A DNA stretch of 64,000 nt from Microthyrium microscopicum (lineage: Eukaryota). Position numbers and translations under genes: made by a program. Under the pieces are notes generated by a model. That model did no database searches and had not been told where the DNA came from. It saw only the letters and a list, made by a program, of their open reading frames with translations. Below are positions 12,276 to 25,104 of this stretch, piece by piece. Location of the stretch: positions 230,993-294,992 of the forward strand of contig MU004234.1 in assembly GCA_010405405.1 (NCBI GenBank), in the 5' to 3' direction. Numbering within the stretch: position 1 is the stretch's first letter; each line of letters opens with the position of its first letter.

Positions 12276-12397
12276 CCAGTCTTCACAGAACCAGCGAACC
12301 GACAACAGCAGTGATAGCAATCCCTTGTTTAACGATAGACACTTGAAAGAAAGATTAAGTCAGTGTCTGGCCTTCGTTCAAGGACTTGATGACCTAC
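12276..12397 (-). pseudogene. Degenerate duplicate of the last intron and exon of the adjacent GPI-type gene
   Basis: gtaggtcatcaagtccttg..ctgac resembles the gene's intron gtaagtcaagagtccttg..ctaac. The exon VSIVKQGIAITAVVGSLVL* aligns codon for codon with GNIVGPIVAMAGLLG*VVL*. Both copies end in ctgtgaagactgg. Confidence 0.55.
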
Positions 12398-12476
12398 CAA
12401 ATGATCATGTCGCAACCATGTTCACCCTAACAGAATAGTTCCTCCTCAACCCCAAAACCAGTCTTCACAGCACAAC

Positions 12477-12909
12477 TTAACCAAGCAGACCAGCCATCGC
12501 AACAATCGGTCCCACAATATTCCCCTGAAGTAAACAATCGAGTTAGTACCCAGTCTCCAACCAAGGACTCTTGACTTACAGGTTTCATCCTGTTACCACC
12601 CGAAGTCCCCGTCGCAACAATCGCAATCGCACCCGCCCCATTCATCCGCCCACTAGTTGAAGTACTCTCCGTACTCGTCGGACTCATAATAAGTCCAGAA
12701 GTCGGAAAACTCTTTGTCATGTACTGCCTAAAGCAATCCACACTGGTGCATCCGTGAAGCTGGGATGGTTGGGAGGCGGTGTTGGGGCTGGTGAATGTTG
12801 CGGTGGCGCTGGGGACGCGGAGGAGTTGGGAGAAGAGTTGGGATTGCTGGGCGAGGGAGAGTTGGGCGAGGGTCGCGAGGAGGTATATGAATGGGGTAGG
12901 GAGAAGCAT
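12477..12909 (-). CDS. Small secreted Ser/Thr-rich protein, probably GPI-anchored (~125 aa)
   Basis: Signal peptide MLLPTPFIYLLATLAQLSLA and S/T-rich body. Intron 12525-12579 (gtaagt..ctaac..cag). Hydrophobic C-terminus GNIVGPIVAMAGLLG*. Confidence 0.65.
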
Positions 12910-13638
12910 TTTACAATGTGATATGTTGGTTTTGGATAAGTTGATGAGTTGGAGATGTTGGCGGGTAATGGATGAGTTGTTGCAGTTGGGATGTATTGCG
13001 TTCAAGAAGATGTCGGTAGGCGATGAGCCAGATTGAGATTGATCAGTATGAAAGAACAGATCTTTGAAATGGCAGGAACAATGGCAGATGGGAAACTGCA
13101 AACTATAAACTGTGAACCGTGAACAGTGAGCCACGCTTTACCAGTTGCTAGTCATCTGCTTCCTATTCAGCAACGACCGAACACCTAAGGATATCTTAAG
13201 GGGACAACTCGATGCAGCCACATTATGGTAGCATGGAAAAAGTTCTTTCATCCTGGAGTATTGAAGAGTGGTTTCGCCAACTCTATTACTTCAGGCTTGA
13301 CGGCCTCTGGCAAAAAGCTGAGTAGTCTTGAAGAAGTCAGAATGTTAGCAGTTGAAAATACGGATTTGTATAAAGCTGCATTCGCTGCTTCAGAAGATCT
13401 GTCGGATATATTATCATGCTAGAATATTTTCTAGTAACAAACCGCAGTGAAATGCGTATGATTCGTGAGATGGAAGTCGGGAGATAAAAGTATTAGTTTT
13501 TATATTACGATTTAGAGTAAAAACATTTGGTTGTTTGAAGTCTGTAGAATGATACCGGACATTCAACCCGCAATTTGAAGTCCACTTTGTAAAAAGGTAG
13601 CACCGTAGTAACCTTCCCTCGAAGCTCAATGCGATAAG

Positions 13639-14679
13639 TTAAGCATGAACAGCTCCCTCTGTGCCATGGCCAGCAGTGCCAGCAGCGGTGCCGTGGCCGT
13701 TATGGTGGCCAGCAATGCCATGACCGTTCTTGCCATTGCCTACCAATGCCTCTTCAGCCGCACTGTGCGTTCTAATAGCAGCTCCAAGTCGTGCAGGATC
13801 GATGTTACGATGAGCCCAGAGTAAGATGCCACTGAAGCCGATCTTGGCAAGAACATCCAATACACCATAGAAGACCATCTCACTGTCTGGAGAGATGACA
13901 TTACCGCCATCGCTCACACCCCATGCAATTGGATACAAAGTCCAAAGTCCAAGGGTCCACACACCAGTCAAGAGGAAGGCTCGGTATACATCGTCACCAA
14001 GGAGTTTGGCATTGCGGCGAGCTGGACCGATCAAGGTGAAGAAGATGTAAAGCATCGCGGCGCAGCCAAAGGTGAAGTAACCCCACTTGTAGCGGGAGGG
14101 TGTCAAGGAGCCAACGAGTCCGGTGATGATCATGACTTCGTCCACAAGCATGACAAAGAGGATTCGTGGCCAGGGAAGACCGGCTGTGAGGAGGATATCA
14201 AGTAGAAGAAGTGGCGTGGTGATGACCCTATGATAGCAAATTAGATCCTTATAGTAAAATTTAGACCAGAAATGTGTACTTACCAATCGATATACCGAAC
14301 ATACCAGATTTGTCGCAATCTTCCAGAGACAAGGCTGCTGCCGCGGACAAATTCGACCTGGGTGATGGCAAATCCAAGATCGGATGCCATCGAATAGTAG
14401 GCAATTGTGGCTACCAAGGTGATTGCCGCAGTGATGTAGTGGAACGCTCGATCTCTTGCGGGCTTGCGGTATGCCGCTACCAAGATGAGGATAGTTGTGA
14501 GCGCAAACATGGAGAATGCAGCCCATAGCCAGTCAGAGCCACGCTCTGTAATGTGAATATCTGCCGTCACGCCATTGAGAGTAGGTGCTGGTTCAATGAG
14601 TATACTGATTCTGAGTAAAGAATAGTAGCTTACGGTTAAGGTAGACCGCGTTATTGCGGCGCTTTTCGAATACGTTCAT
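13639..14679 (-). CDS. carO: Fungal retinal-binding rhodopsin, CarO-like (DTD motif, probable proton pump)
   Basis: ATG 14679 (MNVFEKRRNNAVYLNP); introns ~14588-14633 and ~14229-14283. Helix C RYIDWVITTPLLLLD, helix G YGVLDVLAK (Schiff-base Lys), seven hydrophobic segments, located in a carotenoid cluster. Confidence 0.93.
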
Positions 14680-16090
14680 GTTTGCTTGTCTTGGTTGTTC
14701 CGGATTATTGATTAAGTTACGATGTTGGAGGAGGAAGAGCACGAAATGTCCGATATAAAGAAGAAGGTGGTCACTTATTCGTTCTTCTACTCGTGACTCT
14801 GACTCGTCTTGGGAATATATCTCCAGCGCATCGACTACTACTAGTAAGGCTTATGCGGCAATCCTTTGCTATGGATACTTCACGTCATACCGCAATTATT
14901 CGGGCAGGGAGAGTATCATGATTGCATCAAGCACAAGGAACCCAGAAAACCTTGCCGCTACTGGCACGACTGCCCCTTACTAGCTTAGTGGCATGGTTAT
15001 CGTGAGAAATGAAGTCAGTGACGAAAATGACTTCAAGGGCGAAACCTGATGTTCCGCATGATTCCGTTTGTTGATCTGGCAGGCACTTTTCAAACCTACA
15101 AGCAAGTTTCTGAAATACTCCATATCCATTTGCCAGGATCTGCATGCAAGTTGGTCAGATTTCTCGAGTAGTAGTGAGATTGAACGCTTGACTGCCTGTG
15201 ATCGACAGATCGTGGCTGTTGAGGATACTAACAAGAAAACAAGCTTTTGGACTAAAACAACGGTTGCGGTAATGCAGATGCCATGCAAGGCTATTATTCA
15301 GCCTCGCGAACCAATCTGTGATGAAACACATGAAGAATGTATGACGTTAACATATTTTTGTGATCAAAAATCTCCGCGGATCACGATAATCTTTGCAGCT
15401 GTTATCCTAGAATACAGCCCATGGGAATTTTGAGCAAATAATTACCGTATGCCTCAAGGATTTTCGCGATTACTTCCAAGCTCACAAGCTTTACTCAGGC
15501 GCACGATAAAAAATTGTAGTTGTTTCAAGATTGGTAACTAGCATCAAGCGATCGGCACTAACATGGCAATGTCTAGATCTCCCATTCAGTAACTTAATCC
15601 TTGTCCTTTTTGACATGGAAGATGGGATCACAGGATAATATCGTCATCCATTCTGTCATAACCACAAACATTGTCCAATAATCTCAAGATTTGGTGAACC
15701 ATATCATGAACTGCAGTTCTTGCTGCAAGGTGATCAGCTGTTGACACGACTCAATAGCTACATAGTACAGAATAGCAATTGTGATACCTCAAACTGACTG
15801 CATGCGATATGGCAATATAAGAATCCATAAAATTGATTGAGCTGCACCGTAGTGCTAGCTATGTATCAAATTGTGCCATGACAGGACGCGAGAATATCTT
15901 ACTGAAACATGGGGTAGTGGAGTGAGATGCATTATCTGAGTTCTAAAATGTACATTCGAGCCTTGTTCGTTGCATAGGTGCAGGTTCGGTCGAGACTGCG
16001 CTTCCATTGCCTAGCGAGAAAGCTGGGATAGGATGTCCAGAGTTGATCCTAGAGCTGGCCACCTGTGGCCTGGATGTATCCTGTTCAATA

Positions 16091-18073
16091 CTATGGTTGC
16101 TGCATCTGCTTCCAAGCGACCCATAATCTTCGGCCAATGGGCACAGTTGCTCGCCCCTCTTTCTGCTCGCCGTGATCAGAAGGAATCTTTGCCTGCAAAA
16201 CTCTGCCTATCTCCATGTAGCTTTCGACTGCAACCTTAATGCCGGGCCTGGCATCTGGTGGAATCTGATCAATTGCAGCCTTGGAGTTGGAATAGATTTC
16301 AAAAGACCGAGAAAGAATCTTCATGCGAACGCGACGCACTTGCTCAGAGTTGGCATCCTCAAGAACATCTCTCGGTTGGAGACCTTCATCTTTGAGAGCT
16401 AATAGAGGGAGATATACGCGACCTATCTGGGAATCGCATTGTACATCCCGGGCGATGTTGACAAGTTGCAAGGCTGTACCCATGTCTGAGGCGCTCTTGA
16501 TAACTTTTGCTTGATCTTCTGAGGAGATGTTGTGATCAGAATGATGGAACACGAGATTCATAACGAGATGAGCAACAGTCCCAGCAACAAGACTGCCATA
16601 AATCTCTAGATCCATATCGGTTCTGATGGGCCATTGGGAGGTATCCTGGCCATCGTCGTATCCAACCTTGCCGATTTGCGTAGCCTTGTTGCTGCTGTGC
16701 TGCTGGTCCTTGTAGTCGTCAAATCGTAAATCCATCTCAAAGCCTTTGATCAAATCAATCAGAGGCTGCTGTTCAAGGCAGTGGACTGGCAGCGCAACAA
16801 ATGCAGATTGTACGTGTGTTGGCAATTCTGACCATATCCAGTCATGCAGTGTTTGGCTGCTAACGTTGGAGTCATATGCCATGTCCAGGAAGATGAACAG
16901 CTTTTTAACCCATATACTTCCCTGCAAGCTATCACCAGCTTCGTCAACAAGATCATCGGCAGCTCGACAGAAGGAGTAGAGCAGAATCAAGTCATTTCGC
17001 AGATTCCCTCGAAACATTGCGCTGGCAAGATAGAAACTCCTACTTTTGGCCTTGAGCCTCGAAACCCCATCTTTCAGCCCAGCAGTTCTACTGTCATCAA
17101 AAGCTGTATAGGGCGTAATGATTGCATTGAATATCTCAACAGGACCAGGGAGTGTGCTTGGGCATGGGTTTGTATTTCCAGTATTCTCAATAATTGCCAG
17201 GGTCGTATCAATCGCTATTTGACCAAAAACGACAAGCACATTCGTCAAGAAAAAGAATATGGCTTCTTCAATCTCCAGATGGGGCCAGAGGAACAATCCG
17301 GTCTTTGTTTCGTGATTTATGCACCAAGTGCCACGACGCAGTGCTAAAGTATCGACAATCCATAGGTATAAAGTTGGTACCACGATAGGTAGAACAGATG
17401 CCGAACGAGGAATAGACAGAATGAGTTGGGAGGCGACAGACCAGAGCAGGAGAATGAAGGGACTTGACCAAGCAAGAATTAGACCAAGATAGAGCTGGGG
17501 CCTGCTTCCGTAGATTTGGCCAGCTCCAATCAAGAACACCGTAGAACAAATAACCTGGCCATATTTGCGACTGTCGAAGTAATGTGTTGTCTTTGAATTA
17601 GAACGAGGTTCTGCAAATTGTTTAACCTGCAGATAAGCTCCATGAACAACTGGCCGGGAAAGTAATAGATAGAGTAGCGATGTAATGTATGTTTGTATAA
17701 TAAAGAAAAAGACCTCTTCAAACGGTATGGAGAAAAGAGTAGGACCAATCACTGCTGTTGGTGGATAGCTCCAGACTGATGACCGAATCAGGTAAGAGTC
17801 CCAGGGAATGGTTGACACAACAGCAATCTACAAGGGTATTAGCATCAGAGCTTTGCAAGATATTGTGCTCAGCAATTACCGTGATGAGTATCAAAACCCG
17901 CTGCACATCCAACCTAGTTGCCAATGGCCAGAACACCAAGGTCAAAAGCACCGCCGGCGGTATCGTGTACTTGATGTGACTGAAGAGTCGTCAGACGTAG
18001 CGCCAAAGGATTCATACCAAGCGAAGAGCACCTCAGTTTTGGGCACTTACACTAAAGCATAGTCCCAACTCAT
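16091..18073 (-). CDS. carRA: Bifunctional lycopene cyclase / phytoene synthase
   Basis: Start MSWDYALV|HIKYTIPP (intron 17980-18050 and a second near 17830-17881). Cyclase motifs PWDSYLI, PFEEVFFF, LEIEEAIFF; synthase motifs KSRSFYLAS, CRAADDLVD, LQLVNIARD, GRVYLP. Confidence 0.96.
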
Positions 18074-18754
18074 TTTCGATATTTCCCTCGAGGTATGGCT
18101 ACCGAGTGAGGAGCAATAATCCACAGATCACAAGCCAATCTTTGAACTCCATGCAGGCACAATTATTGTGAAGAACTTAGCACACGCAGCGGAGACATGA
18201 GGGATTCCATAATGCTTGTTTGAGTCAAGCTGTTCTTGGCAAGCCTCAGAGATGGCATGACGAAGCTCGAAGCAGAGCAGGAGGTACAAGGTGTGGTGGA
18301 AACGTTGATATGGGAAAGCAGAGGAGGTTGGAAAATGCCGTCACGACTCGCCACTTTTGGAAATGTAACAGGGGTGCCGCGTTTGTCTGCATTAGTGGAT
18401 CTGTGAAATGCTAGTTTGATCAGAGCCGTTGTTGCCGAAGCTAACGAATCCTTGAAACCTGCCACTAGCTGATTGACATGGAAGCTTTGTTCATGACTCT
18501 ATCAAATCGTCACTGTTAAAAGTGTGGTCAGAGAGCCTGGTGAGGTCACAAATGGATGATGCGAGAATCTGTCCCCTGTGACGGTACTTTCGAAATCGAT
18601 ATGGAACACTCACATGCCAGGGACGGGTCGCGTGGTGGCAAGCAAAGCTAAGAATATTTTATGTCGATTTGTGATGATAGTGTATGGCTGCTGTCTGTGG
18701 AGATATACTGTACCGTCCATACAGCCTGCAAATAGCTTTTGGCCATGAGAGACA
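18074..18754. promoter_or_regulatory. Divergent carRA/carX promoter region
   Basis: About 680 bp between head-to-head start codons; positional inference only. Confidence 0.6.
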
Positions 18755-20762
18755 ATGAAGGCGAAGAAGATCAAAATAGAGAAAACACAATCAACACATC
18801 CGTAAGCCTCCTAACACTGAGCATATTGGCCTTCACTCATATGGAACTAGATATCTCGCAGGAAACTTCGCTCCCATACACTCGAATCGGCCGCTGACAC
18901 AATGTACTTACACTGGTCGAATACCGTTATCCTTGGCGGGCGGTCAGTATGTCCGCAATGGTGCAAATCCGCTGCTCAATGATGAGCTTGATCGGGACTG
19001 TCATTGGTTCGATGGAGACGGGATGCTCACGGGAGTTTTGTTTCGACGACTGAAGGGTGGAAGAATACAGCCAGAATTCGTCAATAACTGGATAGAAACC
19101 GACATCTTGAAGGCCAGCAAGAAGTCCAAGACTTCGACGTCAAATTTTTTGGACCTAACGAGGCCGATTACTCCAAGCATTGCAACACTCATTAATCCAT
19201 ATCACGGCATATGGATTGCCATATACGAAATCCTGAGAACAGTGGTGATAATGATCTTCTCGTTTTTACCGTGGTCCACAGCGCGGATTGGGAAGATTAG
19301 TGTCGCAAATACCGCTATTCTGTATCACGATGGACGGGCTTTGGCAACCTGTGAGTCCGGCCCACCAATGCGAGTCGGTCTGCCTCAATTGGAGACTTTA
19401 GGTTGGTTCAATGGCGCTTTTGTCGAGGGAGAGGACACTGTCGACGATCAGGTGAAATCGCCGCAATTCGGCACTGGCCTCCAGATGACGACGGCTCATC
19501 CAAAGGTTGATCCGCAAACTGGTGAAATGATCATATTTCACAACATCTTTATATCGCCATTTGTTCGCTACTCTGTGTTGCAATCATCAAATGGCTGTCC
19601 CGAGAATGAGCCTCGGGTTTTTAACGCTCCCGTTCCTGGTATTACATCTGCAAAGCTCATGCACGATTTTGGTGTCTCGGAAAAGCACTCGGTGGTTTTG
19701 GACGCTCCAATGTCAATAAAACCCATGAACATTGCACTTGGAAAACCAATGGTCGAGTACAACCCCTCTCAGCCTTGTCGATTTGGTGTTTTTCCAAGGC
19801 ATCATCCTGAAAATGTCCAGTGGTTTGAAGATGAGCCATGTGTGATTACACATACCGCAAACACATGGGACGAGTACGACAAAGAAGGAAATGTCTCCGC
19901 TGTCTGCATGTTGGCTTGCCGAATGACGTCTCCAGATATTATATACACTTCAGGGAATATCCAGCCACCACCAATCTTGCCAAAATCGTCCCATTGGCAA
20001 CTCAGCAACGACGAGAGTTCGCAACAAATCAATTTCCAGGATGCCGACGAAGAAAAAGCGCTGCTCAGCCGGAGACAGGATGAAGAAGATTCGAAGGGAA
20101 CTGAGAACCACAGCTGTCGTCTTCATTACTGGAGGTTCCCTCTGCAATCTTCCAATCTCAAGCTGCACCCTTCGCACTCTTTTGCTCTGTCTGCGCTCGA
20201 TATGGAGTTTCCAACCGTTGCGCCAGGAAAGTCTTTGCAGAATGCAAGATTTGTCTATGGTTGTAGCTCGACTATTGCGACGGTCAACGCTGCATCAGGT
20301 TCTGCTGTTAAAATTGACATCATCACCAAAATGCATACGTCCAAGCTGGTCCAGCGAGGCAGACACGATCAAAGTAGAAGTGGACAGGCTGTAGATAACC
20401 GCTCATGGACGGATCTAGCTTCTGCGCAAAGCAGCGAAGATGATCTGGTGCAAGCTTTTGCTTTGCCGTCCGGGGTTTATGCTGGAGAAGCTCGATTTGT
20501 GTCAAATGGTGGTCCTGAAGAAGATGACGGGCATCTTCTATTTTTTACATTCGATGAAAGCCAACTGCTTCCAAATGGAGAAGCGCCAGGATCCGCATTC
20601 AGCGAGTTGTGGATCCTTGATGCCAAGGGAATGAAAGATGTTGTTGCAAAAGTCCAACTGGTGCAGCGAGTACCGTATGGATTGCATGGAGAATGGTTCA
20701 GTGAAGAGCAGATCGAGAAACAACGACATTGGAGTGACCCGAATCTCCTAACTCATCAGTAG
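18755..20762 (+). CDS. carX: Carotenoid cleavage oxygenase, retinal-forming CarX/CAO type (RPE65 family)
   Basis: MKAKKIKIEKTQSTHP|YLAGNFAPI (intron 18802-18850); YVRNG, HWFDGDGM; four iron-ligand His in TTAHPK, LMHDFG, ITHTAN, PYGLHG. Confidence 0.93.
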
Positions 20763-21269
20763 AATATACTATACCCAATGTAATAATGTAATACTGTAAC
20801 ATATCACGCATCGTGCTGCCACTTCGTTGTTTGTGATCAATTCGCGTGGCGTTGAAACATGTAACTTCAACGGCCTCCCATGTGCTGTCGCGAGAATAGT
20901 CTTTCTATCAATGATAGCCGAGGACATTATCCCTTCAAAGACAAAGTCATGGTACGAAAGCCAAGAAAGCCTTAGGCGGATGCGATGGTGTAGGAAGGAA
21001 GAGATTGGTTTCAAACGCGTCCCAGATAGGATCTTGCTGACTAACTGTTCCTTAACTTCATTCGTGCCTTCTTAGCGTCACGACTCGTATCGAGAACCAT
21101 CACGACACGAATCAATTTGCCCAATGGATTCTTCTGTATCAAATGGAAAGTTGAGCGGGGAAACCTTGGCTGCAATGGTGGTTGCATTCTGATTTTATAG
21201 CATCCAACATAGCTCTTTGCTTCTTCGCTCCAAAGAGCTGCGCCAGCTCACCCAACAGTCAAGCCAACC

Positions 21270-22918
21270 ATGGCTAAGAAAGTAGTGATAATAGGTGTGT
21301 TCTGAGATGAATGATGATTCGCAAGCTAATTGTCTCCAGGCGCTGGCGTTGGTGGCATTGCCTGCGCAGCACGGTTGTCAAAAGCTGGCTTCGATGTGAC
21401 GGTGATTGAAAAGAACAATTTTGCAGGCGGACGATGCTCTTTGATGTATAATGCAGGTCATGTAAGTCTGGCGGCATTCATTGTCCACTAAGCTCTCGAA
21501 ACTAAGAACCAACCCAGCGTTTTGATACTGGCCCATCTCTCCTTCTTCTTCCAATACTATTCCATCAGACCTTTGCAGATCTGGGCACCACACTAGAAAA
21601 AGAAGGAGTTGAATTGCTAAAATGCGAACCAAACTATCAATTGTTCTTCCATGATGGCCAATTTACGCTCAGCTCGGATCTTTCAACTATGCACAAACAC
21701 ATCACTGAATTGGAGCCTTTCGATGGCTATTTGTCCTTCCTCGGCGAAGCCGGAAAGCATTATAGTTTATCTTTGGAGCATGTGCTAAACAAGAACTTTG
21801 GATCCTTTCTGAACATGGCGCGCCCCAGCTTCCTTCGCCATGTCCTGACGCTCCATCCTTTCGAGAGTATCTGGTCACGGGCTTGTAGGCATTTCAAGAC
21901 TGACCGGCTAAGGCGCGCTTTTACCTTTGCAAGCATGTATATGGGAATGAGCCCTTTTGAAGCGCCTGGAACTTACTCACTCCTTCAATATACAGAATGC
22001 GTGGAAGGGATATGGTACCCCAGAGGAGGTTTCTATCGCCTACTTGAGGTTCTACTGAACATGTCCAAACGCAATGGAGCCAAATACCTTCTAGAAACAA
22101 ATGTCAATCGCATCGTTACTGATTCTGGCAAAGTCACGGGCGTGGAAATATCGACTGGCACGGAAACTCCAGAGATCCTATCAGCGGATATCGTCATTTG
22201 CAATGCGGATCTAGTGTACGCATACAACAACTTACTCCCTCCGACAAAACACGCCGAGCGACTAGCAAATCGCAAGCAGTCGTGCAGTTCAGTATCATTT
22301 TATTGGTCCATCAAAACGAAGGTTCCCGCATTGCAGATCCACAACATCTTTCTCGCTGAAGCATACCAGGAAAGCTTTGATGACATATTCCATGGTGTTG
22401 GAATTCCTTCCGAGCCCAGCTTTTATGTCAACGTACCAAGTCATGTTGACCCATCTGCCGCACCAGATGGGAAGGATTCCATTATAGTCCTGGTTCCAAT
22501 CTCATCCAAAGGATCCGTGGATGTTGACAAACTCAGGAAGCACATCTTATCAGTCATCCACAAGCGTACTGGAACAGACTTGGCCCCGTTGATTTACCAT
22601 GAGATTGTTAACACGCCACAAGAATGGGAAAGTAAATTCAATCTGCATCAAGGATCAATACTTGGGCTCAGTCACAGCTTTTTCAATGTGCTATCATTCC
22701 GTCCGCGCATACGACACGACAAGTACCAAGGATTATATTTCGTAGGAGCAAGCACGCATCCCGGCACTGGAGTCCCTGTTGTCTTGGCTGGAAGTGGACT
22801 GACGGTTAAAGAGATCATGAATGATCTTAATGGAAACTCCATAAGATACCAGTGGTATTTGCTTTCGGCTGCGTTGGTCCTGGCAATTTTAGCGTTGGTG
22901 CTACCCCTTCTGTCTTGA
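21270..22918 (+). CDS. carB: Phytoene desaturase (CrtI type)
   Basis: MAKKVVIIG|AGVGG FAD motif (introns 21295-21339, ~21462-21517); RFDTGPS, FASMYMGMSP, YFVGASTHPGTGVPVVLAG; C-terminal TM helix. Confidence 0.96.
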
Positions 22919-23645
22919 TATTGGAAATTATTTACATACATAGTTCGATTCGGACTGGGAATAAGAGAGTTTCACGCGGTTCGATGATACTAAAGTTACA
23001 TCTGTGTATGATAGCGGTGTTGACAATAATGGGTAGCAAACTCTGTCGGATGAAAATTGGAACGAGCTTTATCTCCAACTCTTGTCTAAATCTTATGTAG
23101 TCATATCTAGCTTTGGCTACGACTGATCTTCGAAATAGCTTATTGCCTTCCTGTTCTCACAACAAAGCGTTTTCATGGTTCTTTCGCAATGTGTGAGCGT
23201 TCGGTGGCCAACAAGCCAAACTCAATGCTCCAGGCACGTTGTGCAAAACTCTTTAGGATCCCGATTTAAAGATACTACAACGATATACTAATCCTTTTCC
23301 AAAAATTATAAATCATTTTGTAGAATATTACCCGAAAGGGTCGGGTCCAGACCCGTCGACCTCGGCTCCGGTGGCTGAGTCTGCAACTCACCGCCAAAAA
23401 TCTGAGCCAGACCTAGAAATTCAAGCGCAAAAACCAGAACGTCAGACAACGTAGTATATAAGGCCACGGTTTGCGCCCAATATTGACTGGAATGGTTTCA
23501 CTTATTTCCTGCAGCTTTGTCCCACCAACATTCCACCACAACAAAAAGTCCCCAACAAAGAAAGAGCTTGGTTGACTGATTACTCACATTCAGGGGCACG
23601 CGACACTTCAACAATATTTTATTCGCTCTCAGGAGTACAAGTCAG

Positions 23646-24742
23646 ATGGCCGGCATTTTTGAGAAAAGTGTCGTCGCCGTTGGCAAGCGTGGCGTGTCGT
23701 CGTCATGTCTCTCTCACACCTCATCAACGCTTTTCCGATCGCAACGTAATGCAACACTTTCACAACTGCTACCTGTCATTGCCGTAAGGCATTCATCGCA
23801 TTCGCCAATGGGTCACCCTCCTACCAACGCAAGACCGAAGGTCACACTCAATACCTTGACGTCCATGTACAAGAAAGGGGACCCTATCACCATGTTAACC
23901 GCCTATGACTTTCCTTCCGCTCACGTCGCAGACCATGCTGGCATGGACATGATATTAGTCGGTGACAGTCTCGCCATGGTCGCATTAGGTCTGGAAGATA
24001 CCAGCGAGGTTACCTTGGAAGAGATGATTATGTGTTCTCGGGCAGTCAGTCGAGCTGTGAAGGGCGCCTTTACTGCAAGTCTACCAAACTTCTCCTCCCT
24101 AACTACTTTACTAACGCGTTACAGGTTGGCGATCTTCCCATGGGTAGTTATGAGATATCGCCTCAACAAGCGATGACCAGTGCCTTTCGTCTACTAAAAG
24201 AAGGCCGTGTGCAGTCAGTCAAATTAGAAGGCGGAGCGTCCATGGCACCCACCATCAAGGCCATGACTGATGCAGGCATTCCAGTTCTTGCACATATAGG
24301 CTTGACTCCTCAACGACAGCATGCACTTGGAGGCTTTCGCGTGCAAGGCAAAACAGTAAAGTCAGCGATGGCGCTGCTACATGATGCGCTCGCGGTACAA
24401 GAGGCTGGCGCATATGCAGTCGTGCTTGAAGCAGTCCCGGCACCGATCGCAGAGATGGTAACGAAAAAGCTTCGGATACCGACTATTGGTATTGGCGCTG
24501 GCAATGGTACCTCCGGACAGGTACTGGTGCAGGTAGATATGCTTGGTAACTTTCCACCTGGCCGATATGTGCCAAAATTCGTCAAACGCTATGGTGATGT
24601 TTGGAGTGAAGCTTTGAAAGGGATTGAAGCCTACAAAGAAGAAGTCAAAAGTCGGGCGTATCCTGCAGAAGAACATGGGTATGCTGTGAAAGAGGAGGTA
24701 GTCAACAACTTTCAAGCACTTCTAGAAAAGGGTGATCAGTAG
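23646..24742 (+). CDS. ECM31: 3-methyl-2-oxobutanoate hydroxymethyltransferase (PanB), mitochondrial-type presequence
   Basis: ITMLTAYD, ILVGDSLAMV, AFT|VGDLPMGSYE, VKLEGG, AHIGLTPQ, PTIGIGAG; one GC-AG intron at 24075-24124. Confidence 0.96.
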
Positions 24743-25104
24743 TAGTCGTTAATCTCTGTAACTGTGTCTTGGTGAAGCGTTGGGAAGGGTCGGTGTTTGC
24801 TGTTTGATTTTACAATTACCCAACATAGCGATGGTCTGGTTTCCGCTTTAAAGATACAATCATGCAATAGCTTTCATTTACATCAGTTTGATTCAGTGAA
24901 TTCGATATTGATGTGAAGACCGTTGAGACTAACAAACTATCTATTGTTCACTCGTTGTCGCGTTATTACAAATCGGCGTTTTCACTGTATCGTTGCGCAT
25001 ATTGGATACCTACTTATAACTTTATAAGTAGTTCAAGCGTTGTTTCGTCTTTTTACACAGAGAGATTGGATCTTTTCTGGCTTATGATACATGCTTCAAG
25101 TATA

